A stretch of 64,000 nt of DNA, taken from the NCBI GenBank assembly GCA_009914755.4, contig CP068257.2, positions 13,600,001 to 13,664,000 on the forward strand, given 5' to 3'. Numbering within the stretch: the stretch's first letter is position 1; each line of letters opens with the position of its first letter. The notes beneath the pieces are model-generated. The model was not told the DNA's origin. It was given only the letters and a program-made list of their open reading frames with translations, and made no database searches. The DNA is from the human T2T-CHM13v2.0 reference genome, Homo sapiens. The position numbers were made by a program, and so were the translations under genes. Positions 1 to 13,745 of this stretch are shown piece after piece.

Positions 1-488
1 CTTGCTAATGAAAAGAATGGGTGGTCTTAAAGATATTTATAACCATGCAGTTTGAAGCTCATGCTGTTTTAAGTGTGAGAAGAGATTTCTTGGGGCTCTG
101 TTTTGTAGGGAATTATTAAAATAACCTGGGAAAATGAAATTGCAGCACTCCAGAATGTACCCTGGCCATCTACCACCTTACATGGAATGAGGGTGTCTTT
201 GGCCTAGAGGGCTCTATTGTAGAAAATGTGACAACTGTCCTCTTCTAGAGTTTCAAAACAGTGCTATTTAGTGATCCAACCTTGGCAGGTCAAAAAGGAG
301 AGAATCAATGTCCTAATTCCAAGTTCATCCATCTAGAATGCGGCTTAAAATAATACAGAGAAATAAAATAGCTGTGTAGAATTCTTTTAACAGCAAAATC
401 CTATGCCAAGGTTTAAAATTCAATAAATGAAGTGATGGAAAGCAAATGTTTAAAAAATGCGATATGGTTGACTATTAAGTTTCCAGGA

Positions 489-720
489 CAGGCTGCTTGA
501 GTTCAGATACCTGTTCTGCAGCTCACTAGCAGTGTGACCTTGGGGACTTGATCAAAATCTGGCCTCTGTTTCTTCATCTGTAAAAGAAGGATAAACATGG
601 CATCTGCCTCACAGCATTGTGAAAATTAAATGTGTTACTGTGCATTAAGCACTTGGGACAGTGTTGGCACACAGCAAGTCCTCACTAAATGTTAACGTTA
701 CCTTTTTTTGAGTCCGTAAA
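489..720 (+). mobile_element. MIR (mammalian-wide interspersed repeat) SINE, near full length
   Basis: Matches the MIR core '...ctcactagcagtgtgaccttgg...ctctgtttcttcatctgtaaaag...gcacttgggacagtgttggcacacagcaagtcctcactaaatgttaac' (consensus tgtgaccttgggcaagtcacttaacctctctgggcctcagtttcctcatctgtaaaatgg ... gcacagtgcctggcacatagtaagcgctcaataaatg). Confidence 0.7.
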
Positions 721-876
721 TCTCTTTCAAGAGTATAAAGATTTGTAAAAGAGATGCATTTGAATTTGTAATATAATTGTTTTTAAAATGATTAAGATGA
801 TAGGTTGAACACATGAATGTATTTAATACTTTTAACAACTCTATCTATTGGTACCAGAGATTTGAATTTCTCCCTC

Positions 877-903
877 TCTCTCTCTTTCTGTCTCTCTCAT
901 TCT
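877..903. repeat. Short (CT)n/(TCTC)n simple repeat, followed by a 3x tandem 'gtaggagg' unit at 958-985
   Basis: 'ctccctctctctctctttctgtctctctc' and 'gtaggagggtaggagggtaggaggg' seen directly. Confidence 0.8.
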
Positions 904-2109
904 ATGTATTCTTTTTTCCCTTCTTAACCCTAGTTCACACTGTAGCATGTATAGGAGGGTAGGAGGGTAGGAGGGAACTGGCCACTACACTATGAGAATT
1001 TAATACACACATGTACACACAACTTAAAACTTTTCTCAATACATATCACCCTCCTCATCACCCATACTTTCTCTGCACATACTGAATCAGAAAAACTGGG
1101 GGTACCAAGGTACCTCCACTTATAACCTACTGCCTAGATTTTCATACACATTAAAGTTTATGGATAAATGTCCAAGATTCTTAAGTAAGGTTTAACTAAT
1201 ACTGAGTAACCAAAGTTTTATATGCCTTACTTTATAATACCTATTTGGCACCTAAACATGTTGACTCTGAATTTCAATTCTTTCATTAAATTAATTTTTT
1301 CTCTTCATAAATTGGACGCTTTTGGTGGCAGGTAGAACACACATGTCAAAATGAGCCATCACACATATTTATGGGTATCGTCTTTAAGACCCTTCCTCTA
1401 CCAATCTCATCAGGGTTTAGGCAATAATGTTAATCTAAGGATATGGTCATTTTACTCTTAAAAACCAAAAGAAAATGTTTTCTTTTATACCACGGAAGTG
1501 GATCCCTGTGCTGAGTGTAATTTCTATGACTCTGATTTTTGCCTCTGGGTCATCTTTTCTTGAAATGCTCCCAAGATGAATATTTGCCTGCAAGGTCATC
1601 CTCCGACATGTCGTCCAGTTTGAATCTCAGCACTCTAAAACAGGGCCCTTTCCACAAAAGCCTTCAACTTCAGAAAGAGCTGCCTTTTATGTGGCTCATG
1701 AATATGGTCTAACTGCTTCAAGCTCTCCTCTCTGACCTTTGTCCTATTTAGTGGAGTTCAATTGTCTCCCACATTTATTTAAGCTAATGATAGAAGCATT
1801 AAGCAAAAGTTGAAAAAAGGGACAAATGGATTCATCATGAAAATGCACTGCGCCATAAAAAAGCCCATACACCAAGATGCTATTCACAGTGAGTAGTAAA
1901 TTTATGAAACTCATTGCCTCAAGGTATTATATGGGCTATTATATATAAATAGGTTCAAGAAGGACTATAGCAGGTTATTAAACAAAATTGGGATGCCAGA
2001 GGTGGAAGTGGCGAGCTCATCCCTTACCTTTGCGAACATCGTGGAGCTGGGCGACATTGCTTAGTGCCTCAGTCAGAGAGTTGCTTGACTGGAGTGTATT
2101 ACTTTCCTG

Positions 2110-2560
2110 TAGCCTGCTGGAACAAATTGCCACAGACTTGGTGGCTTAAAACAACAGAAATTTATTCTCTCACAGTTCTGAAGGCCTGAAGTCTGAAACC
2201 AAAATGTTGACAGGGCACATTCCCTCCAGGGGCTCTAAGAAAGAATCCCTTTCTGGACTCTTCCAGCTTCTGGTGCCTACCCCAGTATTCTAATCTCTGC
2301 CTCTGTCTTTACATCATCTTCTCTATGTGCCTGTCTTGTGAGGATATGTGATTATATTTAGGGCCCAGTTGAATAATCCAGGGTAAGCTCCTCCTCTAAG
2401 TTCTCTAACTTACTCATGTCTTTTGCCATGCAAGGTAGTATTCACTTTCACCATTCACGGTTGTATTCACAGAGTCCAGGGATTAGGACCTGGACATATC
2501 TTTTGGGGGGCCACCATTCAACCCACGATAGGGAGGGATCATCCTTCTAAGCATTCTATG
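2110..2560 (+). mobile_element. Ancient MaLR-type LTR (MLT1-like), degraded
   Basis: Resembles the widespread mammalian repeat with 'ggtggcttaaaacaacagaaatttattctctcacagttctg(g/a)agg...ccagcttctggtg...ttagggcccag...ggacatatcttttggggggccaccattcaacccac'. Family name recalled from memory only. Confidence 0.45.
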
Positions 2561-3384
2561 GTTTGTTTTGTTCCTCATTCTTCTTTATAATTGGAGGGTT
2601 ACTTCAGTCTAAACTTTCATTCCAATAACAATACCACAAACTTTAACTTTCTGTTAAAAAAAAAAACCTTTCTGTTTCTCTCCATTTCCTACATTAGTAA
2701 TGAGCATTAGTTCTGCTGGATGTTAATAGTGGTTAAATGAATACAAGAGAAGCCACATGTTTCAGAATCCTGTTTAAAACAACATTTAATAGAATTTCTC
2801 AGAGGCTTGCTATGCCAGTGATCTTTGTGATGTTCTGAGAAGACAATATGGTGTGCTCACCAGACTCTTTCAACCACACACCCTCTAGCTAGTATTCCCT
2901 AGCATACATTTTGGGAAACTATGCTCTAAAACATAAGAATGACATAAATCAAACATCTCTACTTTTTTCCTTTTGGGACCAAATCTAAGCCTATGGCCCT
3001 CCTTGTTGCATTTGTAGCTAATAATTTCCTCACAATTATTTGAATTAATACAGCAAAAAGGAGGCTAGTTGTTCTTTGACTTAGCACGTTCCCTCTGGAA
3101 TCAAGCAGATTCTTTTCTGTTGGGTTTTACATGATAGTCAATAGCTTTCCCTAGAGCCATCCAGCTACTATAATTGAAATATATACATAGTCTAAGAAAA
3201 ACCCTATATGGGAGTCTGTGATTTTGCTGGCTCACTCTGGGTAGAGTGCCAATGAGCACGTGTATGCTCATCTTGACTGTTTCAAGTCAAGCTGCCAAGT
3301 TTACATTTTTTAGAGACTGAACAGCTCTTAAAAAGAATGCTATACCTGTTCCCCTAACATCTTTTTTCTCTTGGAGTTAGGTAA

Positions 3385-3759
<375 letters not shown>

Positions 3760-3824
3760 TTCTTATATTTTTAAGTCTTTGAGTTCTCTTTTATTTTAAA
3801 ATGTCCCCCTCCCCATCCCCCACC

Positions 3825-4090
3825 CAGACAGGATGTCACTCTGTTGCCCAGGCTGGAATGCAATGGTGTGATCATAGCTTGAACTCTTGAGCTCAAGCGA
3901 TCCTCCCACCTCAATCTCTAGGACTGCAGGTTTATATCATCATGCCCTGCTAACTTTTTAATAAAAAAGTTTGTAGAGACAGGGTCTTTCTATAGTGCCT
4001 ACGCTGGTCTCAAACTTCTGGGCTCAGTGATCCTCCCACCTCAGCCTCCCAAAGTGCTGGGATTACAGGCATGAGCTAATGCATCCAGCC
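3825..4090 (-). mobile_element. Alu SINE (older, AluJ-like), antisense
   Basis: 'cagacaggatgtcactctgttgcccaggctggaatgcaatggtgtgatcatagcttgaactcttgagctcaagcgatcctcccacctca...gtttgtagagacagggtctttctatagtgcctacgctggtctcaaacttctgggctcagtgatcctcccacctcagcctcccaaagtgctgggattacaggcatgagc'. More diverged than its neighbour. Confidence 0.9.
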
Positions 4091-5699
4091 TAAAATGTTC
4101 TTTATGAATGCTTTTTTATGTTCTTCATTTGGCCATCCAACAAATGCTCATTGAAATGTTCTAATGCACCAACCTCTGTGGTTGATTTAGGAGGGAAGGG
4201 TATGTGGCTCTGGATGAGACTCTGTGTGCCTTAAAGGCACTCTCAGTGGAGGATGCATGGCATGAAAAAAATGTATATACTGTGAAACACACCCCAATAG
4301 TGGTCTGAGAAATATGTTACAGCATGAAGGGAAAAGAAATATGAACTCTCTTTGGGAAACTAACATTTACTCTGGGTTGTGAAGAATGAAAAAGGTTCAT
4401 TCGCTGTGATAAAGTACAATCTAGGATGGAAACCAAGGCATACGTAGGGAAGCAGTTATAGATGGGTATGTTGTATCTGAGGAATAATGAGAAGTTCAGA
4501 GTTACTCCCCAGAGGTAAAAGGGATGTGGTGCTGGAAGGAGGGGAGGTTAAGGTAGGCTGATTTCCAATAGGGAAGGATTCTGATTGCCCTGGCAGGAAG
4601 CTTAGATGGTATTTTGCAGGAAATTGGGAGCCTTGGGGAGGGTTTTGTATTAATACAAAGCAGTGACAAGATGAGATTTTGATTTTAGAAAGACAATTCT
4701 GGAAGTCAGGGCACATGGAAGCCCTCAAATCTACTCTTGTTAACCTAGCTAGAATAGTTTCAGTTTAAAATTATTAAAAAAAAAAAAGAAAAGAATTTGC
4801 TAGATTACTAGTAAAGAAACTTAGTAATAATCTATTTAAAAGGCGAACAGACTCTAAACAAAGGCAGTGGTATCTGAGATAGAATTCAGGGAAAGGCGGA
4901 TGCTGACTCAAAGGCTTCCATGTAGTCAGTTGGGTGGATGGTGAAGATAATAAGGAAGAGAGGCAAGGAGTGGAGCTGCTTTGGGGTGGGTAGAGAAGTA
5001 CTAGATTGTGAATAGGAAGGAATATAATCTAGTCTTTGGTGACAGAGACTATGGATTTTCCCTCAGCCTCCACTCCACTCCCTTTCAGCGTGCCTGGATG
5101 TACGATACCGCACTATGATGCAGTACTGCTAAAATCTGCATTTCCCAGGTTCATTTGCAGCTGCTTGTCAAATGTATGCCTCTCTGAGATTTGGAAGATG
5201 GAAGTGCACATCCTGTGGCCAATTCCATGCTTCTGTTGTTTCAGCTGTTTCCCCTGGCAAGCTTGTCTTTAGGGGTGTTTGTTTCTTCTGCAGTAGCTGT
5301 AGTAGAGTTTCCAATGTCCAGTGTTTAGCTTTATAGTGTGGAAAGGCAGTGTGGGAAGCATTCATTTTGCTGGCAGAGGTTGTGGACAAACTGGCATAGT
5401 GGTTGGGGAGCTAGCAGCCTCTTGCTTCTCCAGCCCCCTTATCGTGGTAAAAGCAGTGTCTTCCACGGAGGCTCACTCTAGACTGTTGTTTTGGAAGTTG
5501 TTCCTGGGCACTCTGCTTAGGGCTTATGCCCCCAGAGCTTCCACAAATCTTAAAGCCCCCAGATCTACCCTTGTTAACCTAGCCAGAATGGTTTCCGTGA
5601 TCTGCAGCTGATCCTTAACTAATTCACCTTCAAATGAAAAAATTTTATAAGAAAATTAAGTATCGATTATGGAGGACATGACCTTGTCTTAAACACCTT

Positions 5700-5780
5700 C
5701 CGGTACCCAGTGCCTAGAACAGTGGTTTGCACTTGGTGTTTAATAAATTTGTTAGGTTTCATTGAATTAATTGAACTCCC
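5700..5780 (+). mobile_element. MIR 3'-end fragment
   Basis: 'cccagtgcctagaacagtggtttgcacttggtgtttaataaatttgttag' matches the MIR tail 'agcacagtgcctggcacatagtaagcgctcaataaatgtt'. Confidence 0.55.
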
Positions 5781-8468
5781 TGAACAATTTGTGCTTCTCC
5801 AAATAGTGCCATAGAATATATTTGGCAAACTCCCTAACTCTGATAGTTGTTTTACATGATAAATTGCCGATATTGTTAGTATCTAAAATGCTTTGATCTG
5901 AAATTTTTTTGGAATTTTCAGATCCATGCCATCTGGCTTCACTGACTCATGGAAATTTAATGTCTTAAGTCGTAGTCACCACCTGTTGTTTCTTTTTCTG
6001 TATTTATGCTGGTGAATCATATTTGCTTTCAATGAAAAGTAATTCTTTAGTAAAAATTCCACATTTACTCTGTCAGTAATGATCACTGACTGAGTGATCA
6101 GAGGAACAATTCAGCCTTCACTGGTTCTTAAATACTCCTGTTCCCCCCACTAAGTATATGACTGCACTTTGAGTTCTTTATCTACAACCAGACAGGGTCA
6201 CACTCAACCCTTAGACTATTCTTATAGAAGAATGATTCATAGATTTTACCTGAATTTTGTTTTTATAATCCTTCTTGCATTGTAGTAGCATTCATGTCTG
6301 GTGTTCTATGCCAATATTGCTATTTTTTCCATATATTTTATTTCTTATGAACATTTGTAATCTTAATACTTTCCACGGTATAGTGCCCCCAAAAGATTCC
6401 CTACACACTCCTGTGCAAGAGGCCAATTAGAGGACACATGAGAAGGAGACATAGATCCTTCTCTAGTACCTATCAAAATATGTTTTGTAGCAAGCAGCGG
6501 AAACTCAACTCAAGCTGGATAAAAGATAAGTAGCCTATGTTGGTTGACAGGACTGAGAAGTACTGAGATAGGAAGGCTTCAGGTGTAGTTCAAATAAAGT
6601 TCTTGTTCTATTTCTTTGTGATTTTTTGGCTCTGCTTCTTTTGCATATTAGCTTCACCCTAGGCAGGCTTCCCTGTAGTTGCAGGAGAGATATCTACAAA
6701 AACGTAACAGCTTGTGATGTCCATTGCACAAAATTTCTAAGCCTTGCTCTGATTAGGCTACCCTCTGATAAGGGGGATGATTACATTGAAACATCCTCTT
6801 AAGCTACCCAATGAGGGAGATGTTAATGGATGTGAGGATGGAAACCATGTTATCTCTTCTTCCTGTGATCCAGTTTTGTTGTGGTCAGACCTAGACCCCA
6901 GGAAGACAATTGGGCATGTTCTCCACTATCCTTAAGGGCAGACCAACTCTTAATATATATTGTTGTATCATTTTTACTGTATATACATTTTTCTGTTTCC
7001 TCTGTTAACAATGACAAGCTTGAAGGAAGGTTTCATCTTGTTTGTACTTTTATTATTGATGCACACCAGCTACTACTGGAGTCCCCTCACTGTACATGTG
7101 GAGCCTTTCTCTACATGTCATGATGCTTTAAAAGGTTCTGATTATGTGATGATGCTTTAAAAGGATCATCATAAAATACATTTAGATGTATTTTACATAA
7201 CCCTGACTTGGCTCTTGAGACATATTGAGCCAGAACTAGGCAATTAGTCAATCAGTAAACACATATGAAGTACTCCTGTGTGTGTCAGGCATTTGGTGCA
7301 GGTCAGAGAACATGGCAAGGAGTAGTGTCTCATTAAAATATTTCAAGGCACATATAAATGGATGATGTCATCTCCCAGGTCTGTGTCCCTTCTCCTGTCA
7401 CTGTTGGAATTCTCCTTCCTCTCCTGGGTTTTCTTCCCAGGTTCTCAGTGCTATCGTGTATATTGCCCCATGTCCGTGATCTTCTACCGCTGTGGCTTGC
7501 CAGTGCTAGGAGAGCTCCTTTTTCTGTTCACGCAACCGTGATTGAGTGCCGCTGAGGATCCCACAATGACTGAAGCACACGATTCGCCTTGGGACTTCAC
7601 AGTCTAGTGAAAGGCTTCCACATAAATAGCAATGTGATGAATGCCAGGATAGAAATAAGAATCAGAGATCCAATTCAAGCACTCAGAACAGGGCAGTTAA
7701 GGAAGATTTCTCAGAGACAGCGATGCCTATGAATCTTAAACAAAAACAAAAGCAAAAATGGGAAAATGTCAGCCAGGTGAAATGGCATTGCATGCAGAGG
7801 GAGCAGCGTGGCCAGAGGCCATGTGAGAGAAGCTGGCTGCTAGGGAAGAGTAAGTCCCTCTCCACAGCTGGGTCATTTCATGCGTGTGAAAAGTTGCTGG
7901 GAACAGCCTCATTTTCCATATTCTGATTCAAGCAATGTGGCTACCGTTTTTGGTGACCCTTAAATCATTAGATGACACCAAGATGAACAGTTTTCTTCAT
8001 GAACATAAGAGGAAACTGTAACCAGAAAAGGCCTGGGAGTATCTTTCTGCTCAGCAGGAAAAACAATTCTGTCTCAAGAGCCATCCCTGCAGAAGGGGAA
8101 GTGGGTTAAGGCAACTCCTTGCAGAGAGTGACTTGAGAGGATGAGTAAAACATCTTCCCAGTGGGGTCTCCCTCCCTTTCTATCTGGCCACAAATTCTCA
8201 ATAGTTAACTCACTAACTGACGAGGTCAATAAAAGTGGGACATCCTCTTCTATAGAAAGCCTCGGTGATCATGGTGATCACATAGCCCTGTCTGAAGAGT
8301 ACATTAACTGAGATTAGCTCATTATCTTTGTGATGAACTTCAGAAGAGTTTCCGTTCAGTGGAAAAAAGAGCAGGCAGGGTTGGGAGAGGAGCAGCGAGG
8401 CCTCTAGGAGGAGAAACTCATTGAAATGGTGTCAGTGCTGCTGTCTCTGTGGGGTTGGTTGGTGTACT

Positions 8469-8907
8469 AGTTAGGGTTCTCTAGAGGGACATCCAAAGGG
8501 TGGATTTATAAATAAAAGGGAGTTTATTAAGGAGTACTGACTCACATGACCACAAAGTCCCACAATAGGCCATCTGCAAGCTGAGGAGAAAGGAAGCCAG
8601 TCCGAGTCCCAAACCTGAGGAACTTGGAGTCCAATGTTCTAGGGCAGGAAGCGTCCGGCACTGGAGAAAGATGTAGGGTGGGAAGCTAAGTCAGTTTCAT
8701 CTTTTCATGTTCTTCTGCCCACTTTTATTTCAGCCACTCTGGCAGTTAAATAGATTGTCCCCACCCAGATTGACGGTGGGTCTGCTTTTCCCAGTCCACT
8801 GACTCAAATGTTAATCTCCTTTGGCAACACCCTCACAGACACATCCAGGAACAATACTTTGCATCCTTCAATCCAATCAAGTTGACACTTAATATTAACC
8901 ATCACAG
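8469..8907 (-). mobile_element. Ancient LTR-like interspersed repeat (copy 1 of 2 in this window; family recognised by sight, name uncertain)
   Basis: 'gttagggttctctagagggacatcc...gatttataaataaaagggagtttattaaggagtactgactcacatgaccacaaagtcccacaa...ccactgactcaaatgttaatctcctttggcaacaccctcacagacacatccagg...caagttgacacttaatattaaccatcacag'. It is the reverse complement of the copy at 43746-44200. Strand is given relative to that copy. Confidence 0.5.
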
Positions 8908-10669
8908 TTGGGTTCTGGGGTCCTGACTTGTCTTTCTCCACTTTTAGTTCTTTGCCTTTTGTGTTGGCCAAATGATGCTCCACACTGCCCAGTGATGTTC
9001 TAGAACCTGCAAATGTGTTCTTTCACATGGCAAAGGGGACTTTGCAGAGATTTGAAGTTGAGGATCTTCAGATGGGGAGATGATCCTGGATTCTCTGGGT
9101 GAGCCCAATGTAATCACAGGAGTTCTTGTAAGTGAAAGAGGAGGTAGGAGAGTCAGAAGAGGAAATGTGATGACAGAAGCAGGGTTGTGATGCAGCCAGG
9201 ACTCAAGGAATGTGGGCAGCCTCTAGAGGCTGGAAAAACTCCCTTAGAACCTCCAAAGAGGATACAATTCTGCCAACACCTTGACTTTAGCCCCATAAGA
9301 CCCATTTCAGACTTCTTATCTCCAGAACTGTCATATAATAAGCATATGTACCATAAACCAGTAAGTTTGTGGCAATGTGCTACAGCTGCCATACACCTCT
9401 CTTTACCTGATGCCCATGACCCGTGAGGTCACCCTTCCCGCACCTACCACCATCCTCCACACCAAGTCTGTTTGGTGTATCTAATTCTGTTGGCTCATTT
9501 TGGAATTGTGTCAAGGTCAAACCCTTAGCAGAGTCACAGTGGAGTTCAAGCCACAGCTCAGGGAAAACAGAGGAAAGGAGGGCCTGCACCGGTCAAGTCT
9601 GAGGCCTGAGGTGCAGCTCCACCAGAGTGTCAGAACACAGAGCAGCACCAAGGAGCAGAAGGAACCAGCTACGAGCAGGAATGGAGGAACCAGGAAGCGG
9701 CATTAGACAGGCATAGCCAGGAATATTTTCAGGCATGACTGAGAGATGTGTGTTTTCGCTGGGTTCCACAACCTGTGGCATACAGTGACTCAGGTATAAA
9801 GATATGACAACCCTGAATACCATCATGTCACAAGAGCTTTAGATAAATGCTTTCAATCAACAGAAAATGCAAAGAATCAAGAAACTTTATGTCCACCAAG
9901 GATACTTGGAGAAAGTCCCTAAGGGACAAGCTTCAGTCCAGTGATTTTAGACTCTATTCTCTGAACACAAGAGTATTGGTGAATTATGTTCTCAGCTCTC
10001 CTCGCTGTTGTATGTGTGCACTCACTGCAAGTAACTTACATCATTTTATTTGAATGTATTTTAAAGCAGTAGGTAGAATAGCAAAGGAATATGAAAACCA
10101 TGAAATGAATGGACATTTTATGTATTCAGAGAGAGGAGCACCCACCACTGCCAGAAATACCATGTAAAAATTGGCAATTCGGAGGGTGCAGTATTTAGTA
10201 TAGTAAATAAATAAATGACCAACATTGTGTAAACATGACCAAAAAGTGTATTGTAATGAATCGAAAATCAACAAAATTTTATTCACTAATGAATATCAAC
10301 AAAATAAGTTCAACTGATGGGAATAAAAGATGAGAGCTCTCAAGAAATGAGAGCTTAAAGAAACAACAATTATATTTTCATATTTACACTTTTATTTCAT
10401 TTAAACAGTTGATGAAGGCTCACATTGTACCCAAAAATGTCCATTAAAATTAACCTTACAAACTTTATTTCCCATTTGAAAGTGACACAGAACTAACCTC
10501 TATGAAAGATTAGCTAACATGGCTTAAATTATTCCCATAAACACTATAAAGAAGGGGTTTCTTTGGCTTTAAAAAAATTTTTGATTTTTAAAAAATCTTG
10601 AAAGGCATACAATTATATTTAGTTTTTAAAGAACATTCATCTTCATAACTCCTCACTACCAATTTAAGA

Positions 10670-10745
10670 AGTAGCTCAGGGAAAACACTATTACCATGTT
10701 TTTCAGATGGGCCTAGAGAAGTTAAGTGACTTGCTTGAAGGCAAA
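10670..10745 (-). mobile_element. MIR fragment
   Basis: 'ccatgtttttcagatgggcctagagaagttaagtgacttgcttgaaggc' matches the antisense MIR core 'ccattttacagatgaggaaactgaggctcagagaggttaagtgacttgcccaaggtc'. Confidence 0.5.
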
Positions 10746-10995
10746 AAATTGTAGGATAAATTTAAATTGTAACAGATATTATTACCTCATTAAATCCTCA
10801 CAGCATGAGATGAAGCAAATCAACAGTATATATATATACTTGTTCATTTTAATATTCAGGAAATGAAAGCCAAATTGGTAAAGCAACCCGGCTAGCAAAA
10901 TGCAGCAACATAGAAGATTTTATGACTCATTGCCTTTTTCATTCATAAGTACCTAAGATGTCAAGATTTTTCTTCCCTTTAAAGAAACAGTTTGT

Positions 10996-11399
<404 letters not shown>

Positions 11400-13519
11400 T
11401 CAGCTGGGAGGCCCTCAATCTCCAGGGAGACAGATTCTGGGATAATGCCTGGAAAAACCTTCTTCTGAATCAACTGCAGTGTCCCTTCTTCAAGCCTGGA
11501 TTCAAAGTCTCTGCAGATGGCAGCAGTTCTGCTCCTGAATTCCTTCAGAACACAGTCAAGCAAGGAGGCAGGTCAGAGAAAGGCCTGAGGTGACCTGCAG
11601 GCCTGGGGCTTTGTGTCAAAAATCAGGAGCTGGAAGCCGAAGATCCCATTCTGTGATAGGGATCATTCCTTGGGTTTACACAGGTCACATTAACAAAAAA
11701 TAATCCATTCAGGAAACCAAGTGTTCTTCAGGTCAGCCTACTATATATCCATGAGAGAAAATGGATGTGTCCTCTAGGGCTCCACCTCAGCAGTTTCCAA
11801 AGTGCATTCCTTGGAACACTAGTCCTCTCAGGTAGCCTATGAAAGAAAATCCTGTGATAAAATGAGTTACAAAATGCTTCCACTATTACCTCACCTTGGA
11901 GATTCTAAAATGTACATGAACATGTTAAACGCTTTGTTTACACAAAATCTCTACCAAGGGCGGGTTTCATTATGGAAACTTTCCTCCCCTATAAAACCAA
12001 ATATAAATGTGGGACACTGCATGTTAATTCATTGTTAGGACAGTTTCCCCCTAAAACTTTGTAGTGGGACTTTAGAAGAAAGATGATAGAGCATAAAGAA
12101 GGAAAGGCAAGATTCTTGCCATTCTAACGCTGCCTAAGAGTGGAAATCATAACACATCTTCGGGTATTGCGTTGTCAATCTGTAATAGGTGTAATACCTG
12201 CCACAACTCACTGTTTTGAGGATTTGCAGTTATAATTAAGCTTTACTGAAGCGGTAGAAAACAAAACAAAAACAATCAAAACCTCCTGAGCCACTTAGAT
12301 GGAGAGTGAGACAAGATTATTTTTCAGAAATGACTTTAGCAAATGGTGTCTAATACTTTGCACATTTAAAAGATCACGTTATAGTAGTATTCATGTTTTC
12401 TTCAAATCTTAGGTGGAGTTCAAGAGTTTTAATCCCTTATATTAGATTATATGAGATATTATGTTATTATTATTATTATATTAATCCCATACAATATTTA
12501 GAGAGACAACAAGCATTTTGTAATAGCTTAAAAAAAAAGACCACTGAAGGTTGAGTGATGTGGAAACCATGAGAATATAGAGAGTTTATTTTCTCACAGC
12601 CTACATACATTGAGTTACTTTTCAAAGGCTGGTCTCATGAGAGAGGTAAAAATGTATTTGCCTAACTGCTATATATAGGATAACATGGAAAATATATTTC
12701 TGAGGATACTGAGCTGCCTGCCAAAGATTGTCTTCACATGTCTACTGACAATTAATCAAATTAGCTAGCTTAAAAACAAGTAGTTTAGAATAGCAAGCAA
12801 TTCAGTAAGAGTATACTGACAATTTATATCTTTTGATATTTTCCTTCCATCTCATTTGCTGATGGTTGAGGGAAGCAGGAAATGTGAAGAAAGCTTGTGC
12901 ATGCTTTATTGTTTCTGAAATAACTACTTTATTCACTAGATATTTTAACATCCATTCTGAATTATCCTCCAAGTTATTATTAATACTTTGTGGAATTAAT
13001 AGTAAGACCATCAGTATCTTGTATTGTGTTAAAGTACTTAAATCTGTTAAGACAGACCTAGAAAGTTTGAGGGTAGTAGATTTTCAGGCCTAAATAATTA
13101 AAAAAATATATAGAACATATGAATTAGAGCTGTTATGGTCAAATTCTAATGCCTCCCAATTGTTTACAGAATGAGATGAGAACTCTTTGCTTTTGTGTTT
13201 AAGACTCACCACAATCTGCTTTCTCTCTGATTCCAAGTTTAGTTTCCACGGCTATGCAGCATCTTGTCTTACAGCAGCCAGTATCCCTCAGGCATACTTA
13301 CGTTCCTCCTGTCACCACTTCCGTGCCATGCCTCGTTTCTCCAAACTCACCTCTAACTCTCTGAAACCTGTGACTATTACTGGGGGGTAAAACATTTGCC
13401 CCAGGTCACCTAGCAAGGAATGGGGAAAGCCACAATTCACAACAAGGCACTTGGCTTCTGAAGCCTACAGTTTGAACCACTCCATTGAATTTATAGAACA
13501 CCGAAAGCATGGTATTGAC

Positions 13520-13745
13520 AGGGCTGGACTTGAATCCTGGCTCTGTGGTTCCCAGCCAGGTGACTATGAGCTATATATTTGACTTCTATAATCCATAAAA
13601 TGTTTTTTTATCTGTAAAGTTAAAATAATAATAGATTTTCCTTCATAGATTTCTGTAAAGATTAAATAAGGTGATCCCTGTAAAGTACTTGGTTCAGTGC
13701 CTGCTCTATAATGAGGACCCAATAAATGTCAGATGCTATTTTCAC
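13520..13745 (+). mobile_element. MIR SINE, interrupted
   Basis: 'ggctggacttgaatcctggctctgtggttcccagccaggtgactatgag...ccataaaatg...atctgtaaag...gtaaagtacttggttcagtgcctgctctataatgaggacccaataaatgtcag' tracks the MIR consensus from '...gttctagtcctggctctgccactaactagctgtgtgac...' to the tail. Confidence 0.6.
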
